A DNA stretch of 54,430 bases. It comes from an uncultured Eubacteriales bacterium (GTDB lineage: Bacteria; Bacillota; Clostridia; Christensenellales; CAG-138). Below are positions 1 to 10,140 of this stretch, in pieces (positions within the stretch are counted from its first letter, which is position 1; the number at the start of each line of letters is the position of its first letter). Under the pieces are notes generated by a model, which was given only the letters and a program-made list of their open reading frames with translations, was not told where the DNA came from and ran no database searches. Both the position numbers and the translations under genes were made by a program. Where the stretch lies: contig CADAZC010000021.1 of the NCBI GenBank assembly GCA_902792295.1, positions 1 to 54,430 of the forward strand, written 5' to 3'.

Positions 1-1
1 G

Positions 2-106
2 CCGTTCGGCTGCCCGGGGTATCTCCGGCTTTCCACCTGCGTCAGCCACGACATGATCCTGCGCTCGCTGCCCGCCTTCAAGGCGCTGATCGAAGCAGGT
101 CTGTAA
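2..106 (+). CDS. 3' end of a PLP-dependent class I/II aminotransferase (partial)
   Basis: Frame reads PFGCPGYLRLSTCVSHDMILRSLPAFKALIEAGL*, resembling the FG.PGY.R C-terminus of aspartate-aminotransferase-like enzymes. Confidence 0.7.
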   Translation, partial: PFGCPGYLRLSTCVSHDMILRSLPAFKALIEAGL

Positions 107-121
107 GTTCAAAAGGATCTT

Positions 122-150
122 CGGCGGAGGCTTCGGCTTCCGCCGTTTTT
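122..150 (+). terminator. Intrinsic terminator
   Basis: cggcggaggc-ttcg-gcttccgccg stem followed by T5. Confidence 0.8.
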
Positions 151-186
151 ATTCCGCAAAATGCAAAGAAAACTTTGCAAAACATA

Positions 187-235
187 TTGACAAGTAAACT
201 TGGCAATGCTACAATGATGCCAATAAAACTTGGCA
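187..235 (+). promoter_or_regulatory. SigA promoter with two palindromic operators
   Basis: TTGACA(187)-17 nt-TACAAT(210) with extended TG; operators TGACAAgtaaacTTGGCA (188-205) and TGCCAAtaaaacTTGGCA (218-235). Confidence 0.75.
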
Positions 236-248
236 GGAGGAACAGGAA

Positions 249-605
249 ATGAAAAAAGAGGAGATCCTTGCAAAGAGCAGGGCGGAAAACAAAGGACAGG
301 ACGAGCGGGAAAAGCAGGTTTTGATCAAAGCCGGACAGATCGCGTTTACGGTGGGCGGTGTGATGTGCATGCTGATCGCCTTGTTTAACAGCATACTGGA
401 AATGGTGGATCAGGGCGGTACACGGTTTGACCCGAAACTGAATACCATGCTGTGGGGCATCTATCTGTCGATGCTGGGATCGCTGTTCCTGTACAAATAT
501 ATCAAGCTGAAAAAGAAACACGAGTTGTTTCTTTCGATTATGCTTCTTACCGTTTCCCTTGCGGGATTGGTATGGACCGTGCTTCGCATGACGGGGGTAC
601 TCTGA
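249..605 (+). CDS. DUF6442-like small membrane protein
   Basis: MKKEEILAKSRAEN..DERE N-terminus, three hydrophobic segments, good SD; stop overlaps the XRE gene start. Confidence 0.75.
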   Translation: MKKEEILAKSRAENKGQDEREKQVLIKAGQIAFTVGGVMCMLIALFNSILEMVDQGGTRFDPKLNTMLWGIYLSMLGSLFLYKYIKLKKKHELFLSIMLLTVSLAGLVWTVLRMTGVL

Positions 606-779
606 TGAACGATGCGTTGATTCTGAAAAATCGCCTCAAAGAGGCGCGTACCGAGGCGGGCATGAGCCAGACGCAGCTTGCGGAAACGGTCGGCGTATCG
701 CGCAATACGATCGCTGGCGCTGATCCTGTGCATCGCGCTGGACAGGAAATTTGAAGAGCTGTTCTATTTCGACGAATGA
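605..779 (+). pseudogene. XRE/Cro-CI HTH regulator with internal deletion and frameshift at ~712
   Basis: MNDALILKNRLKEAR...GVSRNTI continues in another frame as LALILCIALDRKFEELFYFDE*; the usual SSIETGQ..PTAK segment is missing. Confidence 0.8.
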
Positions 780-781
780 AA

Positions 782-815
782 AAAGGATCCTTTCCGAGAT
801 CGGAAAGGATCCTTT
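782..815. terminator. Bidirectional terminator
   Basis: 15-bp perfect inverted repeat aaaggatcctttccg/cggaaaggatccttt between convergent genes. Confidence 0.8.
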
Positions 816-827
816 GCGCTGTTTCGG

Positions 828-2131
828 TTACTTGCCGGAAACGATGAGCTTGTCGATCAGCAGCGACGGCGAACCGACTCTGCCGCCCATCGGGATGCCG
901 AAGCGCAGGTCGCTGCCGACCAGTTCCCGGCGACCGTGATCTGGTCGACGGAGCGCACGATTTCGCCGTTTTCGACGAGCTGTCCTCTTGCGATCAGCGA
1001 GAAGTCGCCGCTGATCGGGTTCAGCCCCGCGTGCAGACCGGACACCTCGGTGATGATGAGCCCGTTTCCGAGCGCTGCCTTGAGTTCGTCGAAGCTCTTT
1101 TCGCCCTTCACAATATAGAAATTGCTCGGCGCTGTGGTGACGGCGCCCGCCGCGCCCATGCGCCCCGCGTTGGAGGTGGAAACAACGCCGTCCTTCTTCG
1201 CGGACTTCAGGTTATAGAGATAGCTCTTCAATACGCCGTTTTCCGCTACGGTCGTCAGCACGGAGGGAACGCCCTCGGCGTCGAACGCGCGGGGATTATC
1301 CGCCTCGAACGGATCGTCGAGGATCGTGATCGCGGGGCTTGCGATCGTTTCGCCGAGCTTGCCGGTCAGAAGCGACAGCCCCTTCTGCACGCGTTCCGCA
1401 AAGAACATGGACGAGAACGCGGAAAGCAGATCGCCCGCGGCGTCGTTGCGCAGCAGGATGCGGTACTCGCCGGAATCGACCGTCGATGCGTTGAACTCCA
1501 GCAGCGTGTTCTCGACGCTTTCCTTGATGATCCCGGCGTAGTCCGTGATCTCCGGTCCGAACTTGAACGCAAAGCTGCAATGCTCCTCGTCGCCGTCCTT
1601 GAGAATGGGACCGAGCACGGCGTAGGAATACCGTTCCGTGCTGTTCGCCTTTAATCCGAGCGTGTTGCTGATATGCGTTTCGACGACGCCGGTGTCCACG
1701 GAGCAGTACTCCGTGCGGTTGACGCGCGGATCGTAGGCGAGCGTGTCGCGCTCCAGATCCATCGCGAGCCGGATCTTTTCCTCTTCGGGCAGATCGACGA
1801 ACGGATTGGGCTTTTCATGGATCTCCGGATATTCGCACGCGCCCTGCATGGGGTTTTCATCCGTGCTTTCGATCGCCTTGGCGTTGTCGATCGCATGGTT
1901 GACGAGGACTTCCGGATCCTCGAAAACCTCGGTATAGGCGTACCCGCTCTTGCCTTCAAACAGCACGCGCAGGTTCAGCCCCTTGCTGCGTTCCACCGCG
2001 TATTTGTCGAGTTCGCCGTTCAGAACGTTGACGGAGAACCCGTCGGACGTGACGGAATAGATTTCGGCGCTTTCGCAGCCCTTTTCGAGCGCAAGCGCGA
2101 AGCATGCGTCCTTAAACTGTTCGTATGTCAT
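828..2131 (-). CDS. pmbA: PmbA/TldE metalloprotease subunit, frameshifted near C-terminus (~921)
   Basis: MTYEQFK start overlaps tldD stop; FDAEG and GLNPISGDFS motifs; after DQITVAGN the frame shifts to VGSDLRFG...SPSLLIDKLIVSGK*. Confidence 0.85.
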
Positions 2132-3531
2132 TACAGAGCACCTCCTTTGCCGCCCACGACGATTTCGCTCACGCGGATGCGCGGCTGACCGACGTTCGTG
2201 GGAATGCTGCCGGACATGGAACCGCACATGCCGGGCGCCATCCACATCTCTTTGCCGATCCGGTCGATCTTCATAAGGACCTCCGCACCCTTGCCGATCA
2301 GCGTTGCGCCGCGGACCGGGCACAGGATCTTGCCGTCCTTCACCCAGTACGCTTCGCCGACCGCAAAGTTGAATTCTCCGGTCAGCGGGTTCACGGAGCC
2401 GCCGCCCATCTTTGCGGCGAAGAGTCCGTCGCCCATTGTGCGGATCATTTCCTCCGGATCGTCCTTCCCGGGCGCAAAGAACGTGTTGGTCATGCGCGAG
2501 GTCGGGGCGTAGGTGTAGTCCTGCCGTCTGCCGCTGCCGGTGACCGGGTGGTTCATCAGCCGCGAACCGAGGATGTCGACGAGGTACGATTTCAGGATGC
2601 CGTTTTCGATCAGCAGGTTCCGCTGCGCGGGATTGCCTTCGTCGTCAAAGTGCATCGAGCCCCATTCGCCGGGCAGCGTGCCGTCGTCCACCGCGTTTAC
2701 GATCGGGCTTGCGATCTGCTGATGAAGCTTACCGCAGAACACGGAATTGCCGCGTCCCACACTGGTCGCTTCCAGTCCGTGTACGCACGCCTCGTGCAGA
2801 ATGACGCCGCCGAAGCCGCCGTCGATCACGACCGGCACCTTGCCCGCGGGGCATTCCGGCGCGTGCAGCATCGTCACCGCCGTCTTTGCTGCGGTGCGGC
2901 CGGATCTTTCGATATCGATCTTTTCCCGGAACGCCTCGAAGCCCATGCCGTAGCCGGGGGAATCTCCGCCGGTCTGCGCTTCGCCGTTCGCCATCGCGAC
3001 CGCCTGGATCGAGGCGCGGCAGCGCGGACGCCGGTCCTCGGCATGCACGCCTTCGCTGTTGTAGACCCACGTGCGGTGGTCGCAGTCCATATAGTTCGCC
3101 ACGACCTGCGTGATCTCATCCGAGTACGCCTTCGCGGCGTTCGTGCCGTCGCGCAGCAGCGCGATGCGCTTTGCGTTGTCGATCTCCGAGAACGGGATCT
3201 TCGCCCACGGCGTTCCGATCCGGTCGACGTTGACCGCCTTCGCTTCAAACTCCTTCGTGCCCTTCAGCGCGGAAGCCGCCGCCCTTGCACAGGCGATCAG
3301 CGCGTCCCCGCTCGTGTCGGCGGTGTACGCATAGGCGCTTCTCGTGCCCTTCAGCACGCGCACGCCCGCGCCGACCTTGCGCTGATAGTTCGCGTTCTCC
3401 ACCTTGCCGTCGATCATCGACAGGGTGTTGCTTTCGGTGTCCTGAAGATACAGTTCCGAAAAATCTCCGCCGGTTCTGAGCGCCTCGTCCAGAACGGCGT
3501 TTACGATACTGCTTTTGATCAAATCACGCAC
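2131..3531 (-). CDS. tldD: TldD metalloprotease
   Basis: HEACVHGLE zinc motif, DDEG, SRMTNT and C-terminal GMCGS..G.IP..VGQP. Confidence 0.92.
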   Translation of the reverse strand: MRDLIKSSIVNAVLDEALRTGGDFSELYLQDTESNTLSMIDGKVENANYQRKVGAGVRVLKGTRSAYAYTADTSGDALIACARAAASALKGTKEFEAKAVNVDRIGTPWAKIPFSEIDNAKRIALLRDGTNAAKAYSDEITQVVANYMDCDHRTWVYNSEGVHAEDRRPRCRASIQAVAMANGEAQTGGDSPGYGMGFEAFREKIDIERSGRTAAKTAVTMLHAPECPAGKVPVVIDGGFGGVILHEACVHGLEATSVGRGNSVFCGKLHQQIASPIVNAVDDGTLPGEWGSMHFDDEGNPAQRNLLIENGILKSYLVDILGSRLMNHPVTGSGRRQDYTYAPTSRMTNTFFAPGKDDPEEMIRTMGDGLFAAKMGGGSVNPLTGEFNFAVGEAYWVKDGKILCPVRGATLIGKGAEVLMKIDRIGKEMWMAPGMCGSMSGSIPTNVGQPRIRVSEIVVGGKGGAL

Positions 3532-3586
3532 CTCCCGTTTTTGTTCTTAATGATTCATTATAACATAACCCCGCGCCGCCGTAAAT

Positions 3587-3618
3587 AAAAAAAGCTTCCC
3601 GCCCGGGAAGCTCTTTTT
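3587..3618 (-). terminator. Intrinsic terminator of the DUF1292 gene
   Basis: agcttcccg/cgggaagct stem flanked by A and T runs. Confidence 0.65.
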
Positions 3619-3652
3619 CATTAAAACAGTCCGCCCCCTTATACGGCGGTCG

Positions 3653-3967
3653 TCATTCTTCGGTCTTGTCGCAGCCCTCGCAGTCCTCGGCGTCGCAGTC
3701 CCAGCACTCCATGCGCTTTTCCGCGATCGCGAACAGCTCGTCCAGAAGATCGTCGGGAACGGGCACGAACTCTTCCATGTCCTCTTCTTCGTTTACGATG
3801 ATCTCCATGATGCAGACCTCGAAGTCCTCCTCGGGCTCCTCGGGCAGGTCCGCGTCCACCAGAACGGCATATTCCTTGCCGTTGTGCTCAAAATAATCAA
3901 TGACCTCAAGGTCAAACTCGTTGCCTTCCTCATCGGTAAAGGTGACAAGATCTCTTTCGTCTTCCAT
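3653..3967 (-). CDS. DUF1292 family acidic protein
   Basis: VTFTDEEGNEFDLEVIDYFEHNGKEYAVL; SD aaggag; upstream TTGCAA-17-TACAAT promoter. Confidence 0.85.
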   Translation of the reverse strand: MEDERDLVTFTDEEGNEFDLEVIDYFEHNGKEYAVLVDADLPEEPEEDFEVCIMEIIVNEEEDMEEFVPVPDDLLDELFAIAEKRMECWDCDAEDCEGCDKTEE

Positions 3968-4150
3968 AGTGTTTCTCCTTTGCTTTACTTCTTTCCTATT
4001 GTATCGCATCCGCGTCCGTATTGCAAGAAAAACCGCCGCGGGGCATGCGAAAACTTTTTTTGCAAATCAAAAACAAATGCAGATTTCCTCTTGTGCGCGG
4101 GCGGGAAATCGATTATAATATATATTGAGAAAACGTGGGGGAAACGATAC

Positions 4151-4792
4151 ATGGATCTGGCTTTTTTTGAGCGTCTCAGCAAGGCGATCGCGGCGCAGTT
4201 CGGTTTCAACTGCGAGGTCGCGGTGCACGATCTGAAAAGCGGCGACATGGAGCACACGGTGGCGATCATCGAAAACGGACACGTTACGAACCGCAAAAAA
4301 GGCGACGGTCCGAGCCGCGTGGTGCTCGAAGCGCTGAAGGAGACCGATCCCGAAAAACTGGAGGATCAGGCGGGATATCTGATGCGCACGCACGACGGAC
4401 GCATTCTGAAATGCTCCACGGTCTACATCCGCGACGAAAACGGCGTGCCGGAGGGCGTGTTTTCGATCAATTACGACATCACCGAGCTCTTGATGGCGGA
4501 GCGCGCGGTCGGCTCGATCCTGCACCATAAGGAGGAGGAAAAGAAGCTGCCGGATCGCATTCCGCAGTCGGTCAACGAGCTCCTCGACGATCTCATCGAA
4601 CAGTCGGTGCAGCTGGTCGGCAAGCCCGTCGCCATGATGAACAAGGAGGACAAGATCAAGGCGATCGCGTTCCTCAACAAGGCGGGCGCGTTCCTCATCA
4701 CGCGAAGCGGCGACAGGGTGTCCAAATACTTCGGCATCAGCAAATATACCCTGTATTCCTATATCGACGCAAAAACTCCCAATCAGGAATAA
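4151..4792 (+). CDS. YheO-like PAS + HTH transcriptional regulator
   Basis: FG.NCEVAVHDL, IENGHVTNRKKGD, C-terminal GAFLITRSGDRVSKYFGISKYTLYSY HTH; TTGTGC-17-TATAAT promoter. Confidence 0.9.
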   Translation: MDLAFFERLSKAIAAQFGFNCEVAVHDLKSGDMEHTVAIIENGHVTNRKKGDGPSRVVLEALKETDPEKLEDQAGYLMRTHDGRILKCSTVYIRDENGVPEGVFSINYDITELLMAERAVGSILHHKEEEKKLPDRIPQSVNELLDDLIEQSVQLVGKPVAMMNKEDKIKAIAFLNKAGAFLITRSGDRVSKYFGISKYTLYSYIDAKTPNQE

Positions 4793-4807
4793 AGAAAGGA
4801 CAACGGC

Positions 4808-6184
4808 ATGGATTTTGAAGCAATCAAAAAGGCGGCGCAGGGCTATCTTCCGAACATGACGAAATTCCTGCGCGATCTGATCGCGATCCCCAGCGAGAGC
4901 TGCGAGGAGGAGGGCGTCATCCGGCGCACGATCGCCGAAATGGAAGCGCTCGGCTTCGACAAGGCGGAAATCGACCCGGAGGGCAACGCGCTCGGCTGGA
5001 TGGGCGAGGGCAGCCGCATCATCGCGTTCGACGGACACATCGACACCGTCGGCATCGGCAACATCGCAAACTGGGAGCACGATCCGTACAAGGGCTATGA
5101 GACCGACGACATCATCTACGGACGCGGCGGCTCCGATCAGGAGGGCGGCGTGGTTTCGGCGGTGTACGGCGCGAAGATCATGAAGGACCTGAACCTCATC
5201 CCGGAAGACACGAAGATCCTCGTCGTCGCCTCCGTGCAGGAGGAGGACTGCGACGGTCTGTGCTGGCAGTACATCCATAAGGAGGACGGCATCACGCCGG
5301 AGTTCGTCGTTTCCACCGAGCCGACCGACGGCGGCATCTATCGCGGACACCGCGGCAGAATGGAGATCCGCGTGGACGTCAAGGGCGTTTCGTGCCACGG
5401 CTCCGCACCGGAGCGCGGCGACAACGCGATCTACAAGATGGCGGACATCCTCCGCGAGGTCCGCGCGCTGAACGAGAACACGGCGACGGAGCAGGACGAG
5501 ATCAAGGGACTCGTGAAGATGCTCGATCCGAAATACAATCCCGAGCACTGGGAGGACGCGCGTTTCCTGGGCAGAGGTACGATCACCTGCTCGCAGATCT
5601 TCTACACCTCGCCGTCGCGCTGCGCGGTCGCGGATTCCTGCGCGGTCAGTTTGGACCGCCGCATGACCGCGGGCGAAACGTGGGATTCCTGCCTCGACGA
5701 GATCCGGAATCTCCCTGCGTGCAAAAAGTACGGCGACGACGTCAAGGTTTCAATGTATCTCTATGACCGTCCCGCGTGGACCGGTCTGAAATACGAAACC
5801 GAGTGCTATTTTCCGACCTGGATCAATAAGGAAAGCGCGGCGCACGTGCAGGCGCTGGTCGACGCGCACAAAGCGCTGTTCGGCGACAGGCGCATCGGGC
5901 ACGAAAGCGCAATGGACAAGCGCAACCGTCCGCTGATCGACAAATGGACGTTCTCGACGAACGGCGTCAGCATTCAGGGACGTTACGGCATCCCGTGCGT
6001 GGGCTTCGGTCCGGGCGCGGAATCGCAGGCGCACGCGCCGAACGAAATCACATGGAAGCAGGACCTCGTGACCTGCGCGGCGCTGTATGCCGCGGTCCCG
6101 ATGTGCTATAAGCCCGAAAACCGCACGGACGACGTGACGGAATACCGCGCGGGCAGGACCGACACCAAGTTTGCAAACGACTGA
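4808..6184 (+). CDS. ygeY: YgeY family M20 metallohydrolase (anaerobic purine/ureide degradation)
   Basis: [45 protein letters not shown]. Confidence 0.92.
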   Translation: MDFEAIKKAAQGYLPNMTKFLRDLIAIPSESCEEEGVIRRTIAEMEALGFDKAEIDPEGNALGWMGEGSRIIAFDGHIDTVGIGNIANWEHDPYKGYETDDIIYGRGGSDQEGGVVSAVYGAKIMKDLNLIPEDTKILVVASVQEEDCDGLCWQYIHKEDGITPEFVVSTEPTDGGIYRGHRGRMEIRVDVKGVSCHGSAPERGDNAIYKMADILREVRALNENTATEQDEIKGLVKMLDPKYNPEHWEDARFLGRGTITCSQIFYTSPSRCAVADSCAVSLDRRMTAGETWDSCLDEIRNLPACKKYGDDVKVSMYLYDRPAWTGLKYETECYFPTWINKESAAHVQALVDAHKALFGDRRIGHESAMDKRNRPLIDKWTFSTNGVSIQGRYGIPCVGFGPGAESQAHAPNEITWKQDLVTCAALYAAVPMCYKPENRTDDVTEYRAGRTDTKFAND

Positions 6185-6193
6185 GGAGGATTT

Positions 6194-7407
6194 ATGAGCA
6201 ACGTTAAAAAGTATACCGATAAGCTGGACGAGCTGAAGTTCGACAAGATGTATAACGGCGACTTTTTCCTGACCTGGGAAAAGACCGACGACGAGATCGC
6301 GGCGGTGTTCACCGTGGCGGACGCTTTAAGGCATCTTCGCGAGAACAACGTCTCCTGTAAGATTTTCGATTCCGGTCTCGGCATTTCGCTGTTCCGTGAC
6401 AACTCGACCCGCACGCGCTTCTCGTTCGCGTCGGCGTGCAACCTTTTAGGGCTTGAAGTACAGGACCTCGACGAGGGCAAGAGCCAGATCGCGCACGGTG
6501 AAACGGTGCGCGAGACCGCGAACATGATCTCGTTCATGGCGGACGTCATCGGCATCCGCGACGACATGTATATCGGCAAGGGCAACACAACGTCGTCAAC
6601 GCCGTCACCGAGGGCAACAAGGCGGGCGTGCTCGAACAGAAGCCGACGCTCGTGAATCTCCAGTGCGACATCGATCACCCGACCCAGTGCATGGCGGATA
6701 TGCTGCACTGCATTCACACGCTCGGCGGAAGCGACGATCTTGACGAGGCGATCAAAAACCTCAAGGGCAAGAAGGTCGCCATGACCTGGGCGTACAGCCC
6801 GTCGTACGGCAAGCCGCTTTCCGTGCCGCAGGGCGTTGCGGGGCTGTTCACGCGGTTCGGCATGGACGTCACGCTCGCGTACCCCGAGGGCTACGAGATC
6901 ATGGACGACGTCGTGAAGGTCGCGGAGGAGAACTGCCGTAAATCCGGCGCGAAGTTCAAGATCACGCACGACATGAAGGAAGCGTTCAAGGATGCGGACA
7001 TCGTGTATCCGAAGTCCTGGGCGCCCTATAAGGCAATGGAGGAGCGCACCGAGCTGTACGGCAAGGGCGATCTCGAGGGCATCAAGGCGCTCGAAAAACG
7101 CCTCCTTGCGCAGAACGCGGAGCACAAGGACTGGGAGTGCACCGAGGAGATGATGCAGCTCACCAAAGACGGCAAAGCGCTGTATCTGCACTGCCTGCCC
7201 GCCGACATCACCGACGTATCCTGCGAAGCGGGCGAAGTCGCGGCGAGCGTGTTCGACCGCTATCGCGATCCGCTGTATAAGCAGGCGTCGTTCAAGCCGT
7301 ACATCATTGCGGCGATGATCTTCCTCGCGAAGGTCAAAAACCCGCAGGCGACGCTTCTGAAGCTCGAAGCCGACGCCAAAAAGCGCTGGGAGGGCGGAGA
7401 AGCATAA
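6194..7407 (+). CDS. ygeW: Knotted carbamoyltransferase YgeW, frameshifted at ~6587
   Basis: FRDNSTRT, NLQCDIDHPTQ, WAYSPSYGKPLSVPQG, HCLPAD; two overlapping ORFs joined at GKGN|NVVNAV. Confidence 0.9.
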
Positions 7408-7429
7408 CGCTTCACATGCTGCCGAAAGC

Positions 7430-7460
7430 AAAGAAAGGGTGCGCTGCGCCCTTTCTTTTT
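7430..7460 (+). terminator. Intrinsic terminator after ygeW
   Basis: aaagaaagggtgc/gcgccctttcttt stem with T-run. Confidence 0.7.
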
Positions 7461-7567
7461 CTCTGTCCGCCGGACTGCGTTTTAGGCATTGTGAAATAGG
7501 AAACAATGTGCTATAATACATCATGAAAGAGTATGCGGCTTTCGCCGCTTCGGAAAGGATCAACGCT

Positions 7568-9196
7568 TTGGCACGACGCGCATTGTACCGCGAATACCGT
7601 CCGGAGACCTTCACTGAGGTCATCGGGCAGGATCATATCACCACTATTCTGAAAAACCAGGTGCGGGAGGGCAAGCTCTCTCACGCCTATCTGTTCTGCG
7701 GCTCGCGCGGAACGGGCAAAACGACCTCGGCGAAGATCCTTTCGCGCGCGGTCAACTGTCTCGACCCGAAGGACGGCGAGCCGTGCGGTACCTGTTCGGC
7801 GTGCCGGCTCGTCAAGGCGGGCAGCGCCGACGTGATCGAGATCGACGCCGCGTCGAACAACAGCGTCGACAACGTCCGTGCGCTGATCGAGCAGGCGCAG
7901 TTTGCGCCGCTGGAGCTTCGCTATCGCGTGTTCATCATCGACGAGGTGCACATGCTCTCGAACGCGGCGTTCAACGCGCTTTTGAAAACGCTCGAGGAGC
8001 CGCCGAAGCACGTCCTCTTCATTCTTGCGACGACCGAGCCGCAAAAACTGCCCGCGACCATCGTTTCGCGGTGCCAGCGGTTCGATTTTCACCGTCTGAC
8101 GATCGCGCACATCGTGGCAAACCTGACCGCGGTGCTCGAAAAGGCGGGCGCCGTCATCGAGCCGAACGGACTCCGGCTGATCGCCCGCGCCGCGGACGGC
8201 GGCATGCGCGACGCGCTGTCGCTTGCCGACCAGTGCCTTTCCTATGCGGGCAATCATGTAACGGAACAGAACGTATTGGATGCGCTCGGCTCGGTTTCCT
8301 CCGCCATGCTCGAGGACACCGCAAAGGCGCTTCTTACCGGCAGCGCCGCGGACGCCGTGCGCGCGCTCGACGAGGTCGTTCGAAACGGACGCGACCTCGG
8401 CGTGTTCCTTTCCGATCTGTCGCGGCATTTCCGCGCGCTGCTGCTTGCCAAGACCTGCGGGAACTGCGCGGACCTTTTGGACTGCACCGACGACCAGATG
8501 CAGCGGTATCAGAAGGTCGCAAAGGACGCGGACGAAGCGCGCATCCTCTATGCGATGGAGCAGATCCTTTCGGTGCAGAGCAAGCTGAAACTGTTTCCCG
8601 CGCCGCGCATTCCGATCGAAACGACGTTCGTGCGCATCTGCCGTCCGGTCGACGATCTGAGCGTTGCCGCGCTGGAAGCGCGCGTGGCGCTTCTGGAAAC
8701 GCGTCCCGCACCCGCGCCGGCCGAACTGTCTGCGCCGGTCGAACCGCCCGCGCCGAAGGCGGAGGAGCCCCTTCCGCCGTGGGACGATGCGCCCGCAGAG
8801 CCGGAGCCGGCGGTTGCGCCCGCGCCCGAACCCGTCAGGGAAGCGCCGGTTCAAACGAAGCCCGTCGAACCGTCCGCGGCAAAAGCCGGCGGCGAAGCGG
8901 AAGCGATCTGGGCAATGGTGAAACAGAAGATCATGGAAATGAACCCGATGGTTTATTTCTATGTGAAGGAAACGCGCGGCACGGCGCTGAACGGCGACGT
9001 GCTTACCGTGGAGTTTCCAGCGGCGCAGGAGAGCAATCTGAACGGCATGCGCGCCCCGCGCAATCTGAAGATCGCAAAGGATGCGATCGACGCGATCCGT
9101 CCCGGCACGGAACTGACGTTCCGGCTGGAGGCGCTGATGGACGAAAACGAAGAAAAACTGAAAGAGCTTTTCGGAAGCAGTCTGACGATACAATAA
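7568..9196 (+). CDS. dnaX: DNA polymerase III gamma/tau
   Basis: ALYREYRP, GSRGTGKTT, CxxC, EIDAASN, IIDEVHML, SRC; TTG start after gaaagga (alternative ATG at 7523). Confidence 0.95.
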   Translation: MARRALYREYRPETFTEVIGQDHITTILKNQVREGKLSHAYLFCGSRGTGKTTSAKILSRAVNCLDPKDGEPCGTCSACRLVKAGSADVIEIDAASNNSVDNVRALIEQAQFAPLELRYRVFIIDEVHMLSNAAFNALLKTLEEPPKHVLFILATTEPQKLPATIVSRCQRFDFHRLTIAHIVANLTAVLEKAGAVIEPNGLRLIARAADGGMRDALSLADQCLSYAGNHVTEQNVLDALGSVSSAMLEDTAKALLTGSAADAVRALDEVVRNGRDLGVFLSDLSRHFRALLLAKTCGNCADLLDCTDDQMQRYQKVAKDADEARILYAMEQILSVQSKLKLFPAPRIPIETTFVRICRPVDDLSVAALEARVALLETRPAPAPAELSAPVEPPAPKAEEPLPPWDDAPAEPEPAVAPAPEPVREAPVQTKPVEPSAAKAGGEAEAIWAMVKQKIMEMNPMVYFYVKETRGTALNGDVLTVEFPAAQESNLNGMRAPRNLKIAKDAIDAIRPGTELTFRLEALMDENEEKLKELFGSSLTIQ

Positions 9197-9209
9197 CGGA
9201 GGTAACAAC

Positions 9210-9545
9210 ATGGCAAGAGGCGGATTCCCGATGGGCGGCGGCATGAATATGCAGCAGATGATGATGAAAGCCCAGAAGATGCAGCAGGAGATCCAGAAGA
9301 AGCAGCAGGAACTGAACGAAACCGAGTTTTCGGCGACGGCGGGCGGCGGCATGGTTACGGTGACCGTGCTGGGCGATCGGACCGTCCGGTCGATCAAGCT
9401 CGATCCCGCCTGCGTGGATCCCGACGACGTGGAAATGCTCGAAGACCTGATCGTTGCGGGCGTGAACGCCGCTTTGAAGGAAGCGAGCGACACGGTCGAG
9501 CGTGAAATGGGCAGGATCACCGGAGGCATGGGCCTTGGCTTCTGA
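9210..9545 (+). CDS. ybaB: YbaB/EbfC nucleoid-associated protein
   Basis: AQKMQ, GGGMVTV, DVEMLEDLI; located between dnaX and recR. Confidence 0.93.
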   Translation: MARGGFPMGGGMNMQQMMMKAQKMQQEIQKKQQELNETEFSATAGGGMVTVTVLGDRTVRSIKLDPACVDPDDVEMLEDLIVAGVNAALKEASDTVEREMGRITGGMGLGF

Positions 9546-9546
9546 T

Positions 9547-10140
9547 ATGGCGATCGAATCCATTGAAAAACTGACGACGCAGCTTGCCCGGCTTCCCGGG
9601 ATCGGGCGTAAAACGGCGCAGCGGCTGGCGTATCATATTTTAAGCGTGCAGAAGGAACAGGCGACGGAGCTTGCGGACGCAATCCTCGCCGCGCGCGAAA
9701 AGGTGCATCCCTGTCCGGTCTGCGGCGCGTTCACCGATCTCGAAACCTGCGAGCTGTGTTCCGATCCGAAACGGACGGATGCGGTTCTGTGCGTCGTGAG
9801 CGACGCGCGCGACGTGCTCTCCATGGAAAAAACGCGTGAGTTCCACGGGCGCTATCACGTGCTGAACGGCTCGCTCTCGCCGATGAACGGCATCGGTCCG
9901 GGCGCGCTGCGCATCAACGCGCTTCTGGAACGCTGCAAGACCGGCACGGTCAAGGAGGTCATCCTTGCCACGAATCCGGACGTGGAGGGCGAGGCAACCG
10001 CTTCGTATATCGCGAAACTTTTGAAGCCGCTCGGCGTGACCACGTCGCGCATCGCGCACGGCATTCCGATCGGCGGCAATCTGGAATACACCGACGAGGT
10101 CACGCTTGCCAAAGCGCTCGAAGGGCGAAGGATTCTCTGA
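9547..10140 (+). CDS. recR: Recombination mediator RecR
   Basis: LPGIGRKTAQRLA, C4 zinc finger, TOPRIM ATNPDVEGEATA. Confidence 0.96.
   Translation: MAIESIEKLTTQLARLPGIGRKTAQRLAYHILSVQKEQATELADAILAAREKVHPCPVCGAFTDLETCELCSDPKRTDAVLCVVSDARDVLSMEKTREFHGRYHVLNGSLSPMNGIGPGALRINALLERCKTGTVKEVILATNPDVEGEATASYIAKLLKPLGVTTSRIAHGIPIGGNLEYTDEVTLAKALEGRRIL

Noticed and set aside
6580-6600. Programmed frameshifting or RNA editing as the explanation for split genes
   Set aside because: Conserved residues are physically missing at the junctions and there are no slippery sequences; I did not see the missing blocks elsewhere in the window
7568-9196. dnaX programmed -1 frameshift (gamma subunit)
   Set aside because: No A-AAA-AAG heptamer or long A-run seen at the expected position
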